From assembly GCA_963848305.1 (NCBI GenBank), contig CAWKDC010000001.1:32001-96000 (forward strand): DNA of 64,000 nt, in the 5' to 3' direction. Of this stretch, positions 29,709 through 39,867 are shown piece after piece. The notes under the pieces were generated by a model, which made no database searches, had not been told where the DNA came from, and saw only the letters and a list, made by a program, of their open reading frames with translations. Made by a program: the position numbers and the translations under genes. Each line of letters opens with the position of its first letter. The stretch's first letter is position 1. The DNA comes from an uncultured Gammaproteobacteria bacterium (GTDB lineage: Bacteria; Pseudomonadota; Gammaproteobacteria; JABCZS01).

Positions 29709-30905
29709 CTAGCCGGGACGGGAAAGAACGTAGGTGAATCGTTCCTTGAGTCTTAGGAACGGCAGCTCCAGGAATTGATATGAGGCTATGGAAAAGGCAA
29801 CCGTAAGCGCGAGACCCAGCAAGGCATACACAGGGTAAAGCCCCGCATGAAGCGTCCCAAGGACTTTGCGCGCCAGGAGCAAAGACAAATAGTGATAGAC
29901 GTAGAGCCCATAAGAGATTTTGCCCAAATACACGAGTCGAAACCAACCGACCATCCGCATGCGTTCCACGGGCAGACCGAGGGCAGAAAGAAACAGCAAA
30001 GTACATGCGGCCGCTACCAAAGGGAAACCTAACATTCCACGCAGCAGGGTGGGGGCAGCGCCAGGTGCCGTGCCACCAAGGAGTTCGGCTGCCCCCATCA
30101 ACCCCCCGAGCCCAACAATAACAAAAATCAAACGCACACCGATGGAAAGTGAGGGGATTTTTCCCCGAAGACCCAGGGAGATGAGAATGCCCACCGCAAT
30201 GCCATCGAGCCTGGTAAAAGTGCTGTACGAAAGCATCTGCATGGTTGTGTGCCCAGCCAGCAGAATAAACCGCGTCCCCGAAGCCAGCACCAGCAGCCCG
30301 ACCGCCACTGCGGCCAGGCGCTTAGGCGAAGACCTCCGTACCACCCGGGGCCAAAGCAAATAGAATTGCTCCTCCACCGAGACGCTCCATAGCGGCAAGG
30401 CAACCGAAGCAGGAAGTCCATGCAGCGCACTGATCCAGTTGCCACTCAGGAGAAGAAAGGCCAGCACGTATTGCCAGGTAAAAATCTGCCCAGCCACAAA
30501 CTCGTGGAGCGTCCAGGCAATCCCGATAAAGAAGAAATAAAGCGGCCAAATTCGCAGGATGCGGCGCACGTAGAAGGCTTTCACATCAAGAAACCCACGC
30601 TTCGCCTTTTCTCTCACCAGCAACTCCGTAATAAGGTAAGAGCTCAGCACAAAAAACAGGTCAACACCGAAGTTCCCGGCCCCCAGAGCATCATTGCCCA
30701 GGCGAATCAAGCTCGATACCAGCGGCATTACCGTGTAACGCAGCAGTTCCGGTGGAATAGAACGGGGCTTGAGATGATAAAAGAAAACGCCAAGAAACGC
30801 GAAGAAGCGAAGCACATCCAGCTCCGGCCGATAAAAGCGCTCTCCGGTTCCAATTTTCGACCCGGCGATCTCATTCGAATTCCGGATCAAGCCCGGTGGG
30901 ATCAT
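29709..30905 (-). CDS. acyltransferase family 3 (OafA-like O-acetyltransferase)
   Basis: RPELDVLRFFAF, GVDLFFVLSSYLIT, FYVRRILRIWPLY, WSVSVEEQFY, LGKISYGLY. Confidence 0.92.
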   Translation of the reverse strand: MIPPGLIRNSNEIAGSKIGTGERFYRPELDVLRFFAFLGVFFYHLKPRSIPPELLRYTVMPLVSSLIRLGNDALGAGNFGVDLFFVLSSYLITELLVREKAKRGFLDVKAFYVRRILRIWPLYFFFIGIAWTLHEFVAGQIFTWQYVLAFLLLSGNWISALHGLPASVALPLWSVSVEEQFYLLWPRVVRRSSPKRLAAVAVGLLVLASGTRFILLAGHTTMQMLSYSTFTRLDGIAVGILISLGLRGKIPSLSIGVRLIFVIVGLGGLMGAAELLGGTAPGAAPTLLRGMLGFPLVAAACTLLFLSALGLPVERMRMVGWFRLVYLGKISYGLYVYHYLSLLLARKVLGTLHAGLYPVYALLGLALTVAFSIASYQFLELPFLRLKERFTYVLSRPG

Positions 30906-30917
30906 AGAAGTCCTAAG

Positions 30918-31829
30918 CTAAGAGTGAGGGTTGGTCATGTCTTCAAGCCTTTGGACGACGTCTTTCTTAAGGCTGCCCGGACATACGGCTACGAAATCAT
31001 AACCCGACGGTCTGCTCATTCCCCTTGTGACTCGGTACAATTGCGTGGACCAATACTTCTTCTGGTCATACGCTAAGAACTCGTATCCCATTCCGGCGAG
31101 CAAGGTGACGACGTTCTCTGACCAAAACCCGTCTTTCCCCAAGTGGCACTCGAACAACACGACGCCCGGTTTCTGATCTTGCATCCAGTCCCGCATCGAT
31201 TCGAGAACCACTCCTTCATGACCCTCCACGTCGATTTTGATCAGTGATACCTGCCGGCAATCCAGAGCCCGGACAAACTCTCCCGCATCCTCGACGCGAA
31301 CGTGGATCCTTTCGCCGGGAAGTTGCTGGTCCTCTGAAACCATGCTTGTCCTCCCCAGATTGCCAACCTCAATAACTGCCATCTCCGCCGACCCGCTTCG
31401 ATTGGACAGAGCGCATTCATGGATTACGGCCTGCCGGTAGCCATTGATAAGCATCGATTTTCGAAGACACTGCGCTATCGCGGGTTGGGGCTCGAAAAAG
31501 TGAACTTTCCCTTCCTCTCCCACCTTCTTGCAGGCGAAGAGGCCAACGACACCAAAGTTGGCACCGATGTCCAAGACCGTATCGCCAGGACGCAACACAG
31601 CCTCCAGCACGCAGGTGATCCGAGGGTCGTGCTCCCCCCAGAGATACATCGCACGACCGACATAGTCATTCAGGAAGACGATCGCCCGCGCACCATATCG
31701 GAGCTCGGCGGTGGCGACTCCTTCACCGCACATCCATGCGGCGATTGCCGAGTCGGTGATGCGATGACCAACCTTGACCGTTTTCAACTTGCGGACAACG
31801 CTGGCAAGTGCAGCACGCGCATATTCCAC
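30918..31829 (-). CDS. FkbM family methyltransferase
   Basis: VLDIGANFG, FEPQP, IKIDVEGHE. Confidence 0.9.
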   Translation of the reverse strand: MEYARAALASVVRKLKTVKVGHRITDSAIAAWMCGEGVATAELRYGARAIVFLNDYVGRAMYLWGEHDPRITCVLEAVLRPGDTVLDIGANFGVVGLFACKKVGEEGKVHFFEPQPAIAQCLRKSMLINGYRQAVIHECALSNRSGSAEMAVIEVGNLGRTSMVSEDQQLPGERIHVRVEDAGEFVRALDCRQVSLIKIDVEGHEGVVLESMRDWMQDQKPGVVLFECHLGKDGFWSENVVTLLAGMGYEFLAYDQKKYWSTQLYRVTRGMSRPSGYDFVAVCPGSLKKDVVQRLEDMTNPHS

Positions 31830-31895
31830 TATCTGAAACTCCTTTACCCCAGGAAAGGGGAGCGTGGCTAGGTTCCCGGACGAATGACCTTCAGC

Positions 31896-32717
31896 TCATT
31901 TACGTTTCGACGCCCAAACATGAAGATCCTTAATTCGTGGGTGGGTCTCGATCTGGTTGAATCCCAGAGTGCGCAGTAAACCAATGACGTCGTCTGGCTT
32001 CAAATTCGGGGGCAGAAACCCAGGGTGGACTTCACAACAAACAAGTTCGCAAGAGGGCTGGGAGAGCGTCCGAGTGAGTCCCTGAAGAACGGAATGCTCA
32101 TGTCCTTCCACATCGATCTTTACTGCCCGAGGTGGAACCAAGCCCCGACTTTCGACAAAACGATCACCGTGGACGACGTTCACACGCTCCGCGTGCACAG
32201 GCGCGCCATCGCCGTCATCGGAGCCAACAATGCGCCCTGCGCCCGCCACGTCACCGGTCTGAAGCGTGGCATTGCCGTCCCGGTTACTGAGTGCCAACCG
32301 AAAGGGCTGAACGTTGTCCAGGTTATTCAGCTTTAGATTCTCCCGCAATCGTCCGTAGGAGTCAGGTTCAGGCTCGAAAGCAACAACGCGTCCCTCTTCC
32401 CCTACTACCTGGGCAAGAAAGACCGTGTACAAGCCCGTCGCTGCGCCGATGTCGTAGAGACAATCTCCTGGGGTGAGCTTCCCCATCAAGAACTCGAGCG
32501 TCTCGCGCTCTCCACCCATGGAATCCAAAGCCTGAACCGTGGATGCTGAATAGACATGGAATTGCGCTTGTCGCCCGGCTACGGAGATCTGATGTTTACC
32601 GCCTTTAGGAGCAAAGCAAAACCGATATACCCTAAGCAGGAGACCGCGGATCCCCAATAAATCCGTCAACCGAACGAAGAATGGATGTCGGGCAATTCTC
32701 TTCAACGAATCTCGCAT
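31896..32717 (-). CDS. FkbM family methyltransferase
   Basis: YDIGAATG, VAFEPEP, VKIDVEGHE. Confidence 0.9.
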   Translation of the reverse strand: MRDSLKRIARHPFFVRLTDLLGIRGLLLRVYRFCFAPKGGKHQISVAGRQAQFHVYSASTVQALDSMGGERETLEFLMGKLTPGDCLYDIGAATGLYTVFLAQVVGEEGRVVAFEPEPDSYGRLRENLKLNNLDNVQPFRLALSNRDGNATLQTGDVAGAGRIVGSDDGDGAPVHAERVNVVHGDRFVESRGLVPPRAVKIDVEGHEHSVLQGLTRTLSQPSCELVCCEVHPGFLPPNLKPDDVIGLLRTLGFNQIETHPRIKDLHVWASKRK

Positions 32718-33832
32718 TGGGTCCTTCTTGCCTCACGATCGTGATATCTCCATTTTCCACCGATTCCCCGGTAGCCATCCACCATCCCTCGAAAAATGGC
32801 CAACGCCGCCTGCGGGCGGCGTGAAACTAGATTCTTCAGAATCCGCGCTGAGCACAACACGCTGTTCAGGAGATGAAAAAAAGCGCGCCAAGGCATGGCG
32901 AGGTTTCCCCTGGCCATGAAGACGCGGTTCCGGCTCTGGTAGTAATAGGCCAAAGAATTGAACTGACCTCCGCTGCTGCTTGCCGCCCCATGGTGAACGA
33001 CCGCATGGCAGGCCATGACGGTTCTGTAGCCAGCTCGTCGGGCGGCCTCACAGATTTCCATGTCCTCGCCATATAGAAACAACTTTTCATCCAAATAGCA
33101 TCCGCGTAATCGGTAAACATCTTGAAGAGCCGCCCTACGGATGAGCATGGCTGCTCCTGACACCCAGGACATGGCCTGGAACTGCATTCCATTGTCGGGC
33201 CGGGCATGGCGTAAGGGAAAAAGAGGGCGAAACAATTGACGCGCCACGGAGACCGAGTCGTCGCATCCCATGAATTGGTAATGACCGCTCTCTTCATCTT
33301 TGATCAGCGCGCCCACGATGCCCGCGCCACTCACGTGCCCTGCTTCCAGGCCACGCGCCAGACAATCTCTTTCCACCAGCGCATCATTATTGAGGAAAAA
33401 GACGTACTCGGCGGGCAGCAGGCGGCGCAAAGCATACTGGATCGCCACATTGTTCCCGCCCGTAAATCCAAGGTTTTCCGCGTTGTTAATCAGCACCAGC
33501 CGCCGGAAGGAACCGCAACGCTGTAAATCCTGTTCCATGGCCGCATCGCCGCCAGCGACGGCAACCTCCCTGCTGTACTCAACAAAAGCCCCGCCTTCCC
33601 GGAAGTGAGCCTTCGCCCAGGCACGCAACTCCGCAAGGGATTCGTTACCTGAACCATTTTCCACCACAACTATCAGGTAATTTGGATATTCGAGCTGCCG
33701 GACGGATCCGATGCATTCCAAGGTGTGTCGCCAACTATTCCAGTTTAAAATGCTGATCGCCACAAGGGGTGCGGACGGCTCCCACGCAGTTTCCGGTGAG
33801 TTGAGTTCTTGCATGCTCCCCATTTTTTTCAT
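32702..33832 (-). CDS. GT2 family glycosyltransferase (rhamnosyltransferase-like)
   Basis: ILNWN, VVENGS, NLGFTGGNN, FLNND, SGAAML, FLYGED. Confidence 0.9.
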   Translation of the reverse strand: MKKMGSMQELNSPETAWEPSAPLVAISILNWNSWRHTLECIGSVRQLEYPNYLIVVVENGSGNESLAELRAWAKAHFREGGAFVEYSREVAVAGGDAAMEQDLQRCGSFRRLVLINNAENLGFTGGNNVAIQYALRRLLPAEYVFFLNNDALVERDCLARGLEAGHVSGAGIVGALIKDEESGHYQFMGCDDSVSVARQLFRPLFPLRHARPDNGMQFQAMSWVSGAAMLIRRAALQDVYRLRGCYLDEKLFLYGEDMEICEAARRAGYRTVMACHAVVHHGAASSSGGQFNSLAYYYQSRNRVFMARGNLAMPWRAFFHLLNSVLCSARILKNLVSRRPQAALAIFRGMVDGYRGIGGKWRYHDREARRTQCEIR

Positions 33833-33835
33833 CCA

Positions 33836-34921
33836 TCACCCGGCCCGCGTTGCAATCAAGACCAGTTCTTCTCCTACTTTGCCGTTTAAAAGACGGAGCG
33901 ACTCTTCCAGGGCCAAAAACGCCCAAGCTTGATAAGCCACGCGGCGGCCGGGCCGGCGCCCGTCGTGCGGATGCGGCACTCCGCGGCGGATCGCCTGACT
34001 AAAGATGTAGATCTCGCGGCTCAAACGATCGATGGTGCGCAGAGACTCCGTGTGCAGCCCCGCCCGATCTGCGCAAGCCTGAAGTCCTCGCAGCGAAAAC
34101 AAGTGCAAATGGCGTGGCGGCTCAAGGCCGCGCCAACAGGATTTGAAGAAGCGGTGCCCGAGACTTTCGACATTTGGCGTTATCGCCACCAGCCGGCCAT
34201 CGGGCTTGAGAACCCGACAGCATTCACGCAGCAAGGCAACGGGATCCGGCACGTGCTCGATAACGTGGTGCAAGGTAATGGCATCGACGGAGGCGGCAGG
34301 CAGCGCCGCTGCCTCCAGCGTGCCGGTAGCCACATCCAAGCCCAAGCGCTCGCGCGCCACACGGGCGGCGTCAGGGTCAGGCTCAACCCCCTGCACTTGC
34401 CAGCCATAATCTCGCATGCGCCCCAGGAAGACCCCGCTTCCGCACCCAATGTCCAGAAGCCGGCCGTCCGCAGCTAGGGGTAAGTACATCACTATGGCCC
34501 CCGCCGCCTCTCGCAGGAGTGGGAACAGTCGCCCCACTTTGCCCACGAGTTCCCACGAGCGGCCGGGGAGAGACGCCCGGTAACCATAGTGCATGGCAAG
34601 GACAGACATTCTTAGCTTGTAATGCCAGCTCGCCGCCACAGGTGGGGCTTCATCAGCGGAGGGCGGCTGCCCATGTGTGTGGTAATGTTCGTAGAGCTTT
34701 CCAATGTCCTCTGGCGCCGGCTGGGGGTTTAGCCACACGAGGCCACACGGTCGGCACTTGAAGAGATTCCACACACCAGGGGCATCGAACAGCCGGTCGC
34801 GGAGGCCGGTGTAAAGGGCTTGGCCCGGGCGCCCGCAGATTCGGCAGATTCCCAAACTCCGGACACGAACCCCCTCGTTCTCAAGCGCCTCCGTGGTTCC
34901 ATTTTTCGAGCAAGAGTTCAT
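33836..34921 (-). CDS. class I SAM-dependent methyltransferase with N-terminal CxxC Zn ribbon
   Basis: CRIC...CRPCG; LLDIGCGSG, HVIEHVPDP, PRHLHLFS. Confidence 0.9.
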   Translation of the reverse strand: MNSCSKNGTTEALENEGVRVRSLGICRICGRPGQALYTGLRDRLFDAPGVWNLFKCRPCGLVWLNPQPAPEDIGKLYEHYHTHGQPPSADEAPPVAASWHYKLRMSVLAMHYGYRASLPGRSWELVGKVGRLFPLLREAAGAIVMYLPLAADGRLLDIGCGSGVFLGRMRDYGWQVQGVEPDPDAARVARERLGLDVATGTLEAAALPAASVDAITLHHVIEHVPDPVALLRECCRVLKPDGRLVAITPNVESLGHRFFKSCWRGLEPPRHLHLFSLRGLQACADRAGLHTESLRTIDRLSREIYIFSQAIRRGVPHPHDGRRPGRRVAYQAWAFLALEESLRLLNGKVGEELVLIATRAG

Positions 34922-36474
34922 CAGCGCGATACCTTGACCCACTGTCGGATGTGCCCCTTCTCCTCCAGGTCCAGGATGTAATGCCAAGTAACCACCAGGA
35001 ATCCGGCAGCCAGGAGCAAACTAAAGAAGATCTGGGCGAGTAGGTTGTGGCTCCAGACCCATAGAGCCAGGAAGCCAAGGGTCAGGGCAGCCAGGATCGC
35101 AAGGCTTCGCAATACGTCTCTACCCGCAAGTAAGCGGGGGGAGGAGTGCGTCACCCAGAGGGCGGCAATGGTGAGAAGCAGGAAATCAAGGGTGACGCGG
35201 GCGGAAAAGGCGAGGGCCGCTCCGGGCAGCCCAAGCTTCGTGACCAGGAACCAAAGCAGGCCGAGATGGAAAGGAACTTCGAGAAGATGAAACTTGGCAG
35301 TCAAGTCAGGGCGCCCGACCCCCTGCAAAAGATTGTAAGGAACGTAGGCAAGGGCGTTAATCAGTGTTCCCACCGTAAGGATCTGAAGCACCAGCGTGCC
35401 CTCGGAGGCAAATTTGGCGCCGACCCAGAGGGTCAGAAGCGGACGCGCGAAGAAGATCATAGCAAGCGATGCCGCTCCAACCACAAGCAACACGTATTTA
35501 AGAGAACGGACCAGGGCGGTGCTGATCCACGCATTGTCACCGCGCCCGTGAGAGGTGCTGAAGGCCGGAAATAGGGCGGCGGTAAGGCTGGCGGGAAGGA
35601 TGATCAACTTGGACGAAATCATGAACGGGGGCGTATAGAAGCCGATCGCCGCGACGGACAAGAGTCCGCCGATAACAAATCGATCAAAGTAAGTCAGGAT
35701 TGGGATAACGGCGCCAGAGACCGTGACCCAGCCACCGAAGCCGAGCAGGGGAAGAACGAGCGAGCGCTGGTATGTTATGGCATGTCTTAGAACTGGGTAA
35801 AGACGCAGGCAGAGGAGGCCATAACCCCCCAACGCCACAATTCGGCTCAACACCAAACCCAATACGACAGCACGAAGGCCAAACCCCACGGCCAACATCA
35901 TAGCGGGTAGGAGGTAATAGAGCACCGCGCTGGGCAGGCTGATTGCATTCACGAGGTCGAATCGCTGAGAAGCCCCTAGCACGCCCTGGAACGTGCCCGT
36001 GGCAAATCCAATGGGCAGGGAAATGGCCAGAATCAGAAAGACCCAGTGGGCCTCCGTTCGGAGTTGGGGCGGAATCTTGAGGAGGCGATCGGAAAGGGCG
36101 GGCGAGCCTGCGGCGAACAGAACGCCAGCCAGCATACCAAAGCCCGTTTGCGTGGCCACGGCGGTCCAAACCAGCGCGGGCAGGCGATCGAGTTCACCCT
36201 TGCCGAGAAGTTCCGCAACAAATTTGGTGGTAGCAGGGCCGATGCCGAAATCGAGGAGAGCGAAATAGCCGACGACCAGCCAGGCGAGCGACAGCAGGCC
36301 GAAACGGTCCGCGCCCAGGCGGCGGATTACATAAGGCATCGTAACAATGCCAACCAGGAGCGGGATGACCTGCCCGGCAACATTCAATGCCGTGTTGCGG
36401 GCCAGCACATGACTACCAATTTTCAGGGCTGGGGCACGCGAAGGCTTCGGCGCAGTTTCAACTGACATTTCCAT
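34921..36474 (-). CDS. wzx: polysaccharide flippase
   Basis: ARNTALN, LGADRFGLL, DFGIG, FDRFVIG, many TM helices, in a glycan locus. Confidence 0.88.
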   Translation of the reverse strand: MEMSVETAPKPSRAPALKIGSHVLARNTALNVAGQVIPLLVGIVTMPYVIRRLGADRFGLLSLAWLVVGYFALLDFGIGPATTKFVAELLGKGELDRLPALVWTAVATQTGFGMLAGVLFAAGSPALSDRLLKIPPQLRTEAHWVFLILAISLPIGFATGTFQGVLGASQRFDLVNAISLPSAVLYYLLPAMMLAVGFGLRAVVLGLVLSRIVALGGYGLLCLRLYPVLRHAITYQRSLVLPLLGFGGWVTVSGAVIPILTYFDRFVIGGLLSVAAIGFYTPPFMISSKLIILPASLTAALFPAFSTSHGRGDNAWISTALVRSLKYVLLVVGAASLAMIFFARPLLTLWVGAKFASEGTLVLQILTVGTLINALAYVPYNLLQGVGRPDLTAKFHLLEVPFHLGLLWFLVTKLGLPGAALAFSARVTLDFLLLTIAALWVTHSSPRLLAGRDVLRSLAILAALTLGFLALWVWSHNLLAQIFFSLLLAAGFLVVTWHYILDLEEKGHIRQWVKVSR

Positions 36475-36506
36475 CTTGGTTTACTGACAAATGGCGAGTA
36501 TACGCT

Positions 36507-37327
36507 TTAACCGCCGCGCCGCGCAATTCCACTGCCCCTCCCGTCCCTGGGTCCCCGCCTGTGCCCCATCACATCGAGGAGCGAGAGAGCCATAAACTGG
36601 GGGCCGTAGATCAAGGCCCGTCGCCAGACGGTGCGGGGCTCATGCAACAATCGCCATAGCCATTCCAAGCCGGATTGGCTGGCCCAGCGCGGAGCCGGAA
36701 CAACTCTTCCACTGTGAAACTTGATCGCCGCCCCGACCGCGACGATCACCGGCGCCTTCAGCCGGTCGCGGTGGGCGACAATCCACCTCTCCTGTTTGGG
36801 AAGCCCCAGCGCCACCCAAAGCACATCGGGGTTAGCCTGATTAATCATTTCAATGACTTGCGCGTCTTCTTCGGGAGTAAGCTGGCGAAAAGGGGGCGAA
36901 TAGGCGCCGACAATCTGTACCCCCGGGTGCTTCTGCCGCAGCCGGTTGCTCGCCGAGCGTCAGGGTTTCATCCGTATCACCGTAGAAGTAATTGGTGATA
37001 TCCCTTCTCGCGGGAAAGCTCACAAAATGCCGACATTAAATCCGCCCCGCGAACCTGATGGGTGGCACAGGACATTTTTTTGGCCGCAACCCGGGCAGCC
37101 CAGCGCCCGTCCGGCACGGAAAGGTCGGCGGTATGGAGAACGGCACGGAAATCGGGGTGCTTGTGCGCCTCAAGCGCCCCGTGCGAACCCGTCACCGCGA
37201 TCCAATGGGGCTGGCGACGCTCCCGGATCCATTGCTCCATCAAGCGCAAGACAGACTTAATGTCAATAATATGAACGGGCGCTCCGAGAACCTCGGTGCA
37301 GGGCGGGAGCCCGGCCTGTTCGGTCAA
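36507..37327 (-). CDS. WecB/TagA/CpsF family glycosyltransferase; frameshifted
   Basis: ADLSVPDG, VRGADLM; WVALGLPKQERW, AVGAA, GLEWLWRLLHEPR. Confidence 0.9.
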
Positions 37328-38064
37328 AAGGTTGCGCTTCCATATTCATGTTGGACTACGGTAACTTTCGGCCGCGCGGCACCCATTAGCCCTTTACCCC
37401 GAATGGCTGGCGCTTCGCACGGGGGCTTGCCTACCGGCGCCATTCGCTTTTTTGAGGCCCGCCGCCCGCCCAGCAACCGTGGCAGCTTTGCTGAGCGCTC
37501 TTCCCATTTTCCGGTAAAGGTCACGAGGAAGGAGATGAAAACCAGGCGAAGGTCCAACCAAAAGCTTTGCTTCTTGATGTAGACAAGATCGTAACGGAGC
37601 TTCTGGCGGCGGGGCAATTCGCTGTGGCCATAAATCTGAGCGATTCCGGTAAGCCCTGGGGTAACGGCGTGACGGCGGTCGAACCCGGGTATTTCCACCC
37701 GAAATTTCTTCACCAGTTCCGACCACTCGGGCCGAGGTCCGACAAAACTCATGTCACCGCGGAAGATATTCCAAAGCTGCGGAAGCTCGTCCATCGCCGT
37801 GGCACGCAGAATCCGGCCCACGCGCGTAATTCGCGGATCGCGTTCGGTGGCCGGAACGACTCCCCACTTGGCATCCGAATCCGGCACCATGGAGCGGAAC
37901 TTGACGCTTTGGAATTCCTTGCAATCCTTCCCCACGCGGGGTTGGCCATAGAAAATGGGACCGCCATCCTCGATCTTAATGGCAACGGCAATCGTCGCCC
38001 AAATCGGCGAAGAAACAATCAAGCCGAGTCCGGAAAGCGAAATGTCAAAGATGCGTTTGAGCAT
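37324..38064 (-). CDS. bacterial sugar transferase (polyprenyl-phosphate priming phosphoglycosyltransferase)
   Basis: [42 protein letters not shown]. Confidence 0.93.
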   Translation of the reverse strand: MLKRIFDISLSGLGLIVSSPIWATIAVAIKIEDGGPIFYGQPRVGKDCKEFQSVKFRSMVPDSDAKWGVVPATERDPRITRVGRILRATAMDELPQLWNIFRGDMSFVGPRPEWSELVKKFRVEIPGFDRRHAVTPGLTGIAQIYGHSELPRRQKLRYDLVYIKKQSFWLDLRLVFISFLVTFTGKWEERSAKLPRLLGGRRASKKRMAPVGKPPCEAPAIRGKGLMGAARPKVTVVQHEYGSATF

Positions 38065-38135
38065 GTTTAGTTTATAGGTTACAGGGCATAGGTTACAGCA
38101 CTCAAGCTACCATCTAAACTTATGATTCCCTGCCC

Positions 38136-38558
38136 CTATTGCCTTTCACCTGATCCTTCGAGCAGGCGCTTCCGCAACGCTGTAAGCATCTTGCTTATTT
38201 CAGTTATCAGACTAAGACTCGGTTCTGCCTCGTCTTTGGTCAAGTAGACCAGTCGGACAGCCAACATCAAGAAAGTCTCGGTCTCCATAAGAGAGCCTTT
38301 AGCGATTGCTAGAAAATTTGCATAGTCCTTCCGGCTTCCCCGGGCGCTGCCTTCCGCGATATTGGCCGGGACAGATGCCACTGCTCGGGTGATTTGTGCA
38401 GTAAGACGGTACATTTCTGTCGGTGGAAACCGGGATGCCAGACGATATATTTGGACAGCCAAGTCCATCGCCTTCTGCCATACAACCAAGTCGCGATGCG
38501 ATCTTATCGGTCGCCTGTCGCCTATAACCAAACAACCTGACCCCTGGTCACCAATCAC
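38136..38558 (-). CDS. four helix bundle protein (23S rRNA intervening-sequence protein / Avd-like family)
   Basis: HRDLVVWQKAMDL, FPPTEMYRLTAQITRAVASVPANIAEG, FLAIAKGSLMETET. Confidence 0.93.
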   Translation of the reverse strand: MIGDQGSGCLVIGDRRPIRSHRDLVVWQKAMDLAVQIYRLASRFPPTEMYRLTAQITRAVASVPANIAEGSARGSRKDYANFLAIAKGSLMETETFLMLAVRLVYLTKDEAEPSLSLITEISKMLTALRKRLLEGSGERQ

Positions 38559-38603
38559 CTTTCCCCCGTAGCCGGAGACCTGTAACCTGTCCCCTGTAAC
38601 CTT

Positions 38604-39764
38604 TTACCTTTCGCCTCCCAAGCCACCGGGCAATGTCAGCAGGGCTCGCAAGGTTGCCAGCAGTGCACGATGGTGCCAATCAAACTTCAGCTTGCCATTC
38701 AATCGAACCAACAGGTTGGAGGCATTTGCTGCATCGAAGAATCTGTCAATTTGCTTGTCAGTAAAGTGGCTGGCAAGCTTCCGGGCGAAATATCCAACCA
38801 TCAACTCATTGCCGAAAGTCGATCGCCAATAACGTTCGAATTCGCCCAAGGTCCGGGCGTTGAAGTTCTTGCTCCGGAAAGCGCGAATCAGCACGTCAGC
38901 CACCAGTTCGGCGGAAAGTAGCCCGTAGTAGATTCCGCCACCCGTTGTGGTCTTGATGTGCCCGGCCGCTTCACCTGCGGCGATAACGCGGTCCGAAACG
39001 CAGCGACCCACGGCGGCCTGGGCAATCCCCTTTCGATCGATACGTAATGTCGAAATGTCTGTCTGGGGCGCAATTCTACGGACGAGCCTGGCGAAATAAG
39101 GGTCGGGGTTGTCCTCCGTCATAAGCCCCACTCTCCACCGGTTGTTACCCAGAGGAATTTCCCAGCCAAATGCGCCGGGGGCAACCCCTTGGCCCACAAA
39201 TACCCGGGTGGCATTCCCATGCCCATTAGGTGGCAGGGACATTTCCGCCTGGACGGCGCGAAGGAATTGCCGGGGATGCGCCAATCCCAGGGCAGAGTTC
39301 AAGGAACCATTAACGCCGGTGGTTATGACCGCCACCTGTGCCCGCACTCTGGCCGGCCCTGTCTCCGAATGGCGGAATTGGACTTCCACCGAATGTTTTT
39401 CAACCTGCAGAGAATTCACCCAGCAACCAAGCTGCAAGTTCACGCCGGCGTTAACGGCGCGCTGGGCCAAAGCACGATTAAATTCACCTTTATCGATTAC
39501 CTGTGCGAGCGGCGCATCCGTCCGATGCTCCAACTTCCTTCCCCCGGGGGAAATGGCTTGAATGCATCGAATGTTTGACAAGATAGGCTGCGAGGGAAGG
39601 TCAAATCGAGGAAAAGCTTCGTCACCGACCACGCCCGAGCAGATCGCCCTTTCGCCAACCCGGTTTTGGGCCTCGAAGAGGACAACATCCAGCCCTGCCT
39701 GTGCCAACAGAAAAGAGGCGTGAATGCCTGCCGGACCTGCTCCGATGACGACTACGTCCTTCAA
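38604..39764 (-). CDS. geranylgeranyl reductase family FAD-dependent oxidoreductase
   Basis: VIGAGPAG, ICSG, PGAFGWEIP, GEAAGHIKTTTGGGIYYG. Confidence 0.85.
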   Translation of the reverse strand: MKDVVVIGAGPAGIHASFLLAQAGLDVVLFEAQNRVGERAICSGVVGDEAFPRFDLPSQPILSNIRCIQAISPGGRKLEHRTDAPLAQVIDKGEFNRALAQRAVNAGVNLQLGCWVNSLQVEKHSVEVQFRHSETGPARVRAQVAVITTGVNGSLNSALGLAHPRQFLRAVQAEMSLPPNGHGNATRVFVGQGVAPGAFGWEIPLGNNRWRVGLMTEDNPDPYFARLVRRIAPQTDISTLRIDRKGIAQAAVGRCVSDRVIAAGEAAGHIKTTTGGGIYYGLLSAELVADVLIRAFRSKNFNARTLGEFERYWRSTFGNELMVGYFARKLASHFTDKQIDRFFDAANASNLLVRLNGKLKFDWHHRALLATLRALLTLPGGLGGER

Positions 39765-39867
39765 ACTGTCTCCCTCGCCCTTCTATTCGTCTTGATACTT
39801 CCCCAGCAACAGAATTCAGTGAAATCACTTAGACCGCGTAAGCCCATCGTAGTTGATGTCCGGATCG

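Noticed and set aside
38136-38558. Diversity-generating retroelement suggested by the Avd-like protein
   Set aside because: No reverse transcriptase and no template/variable repeat pair seen in the window.
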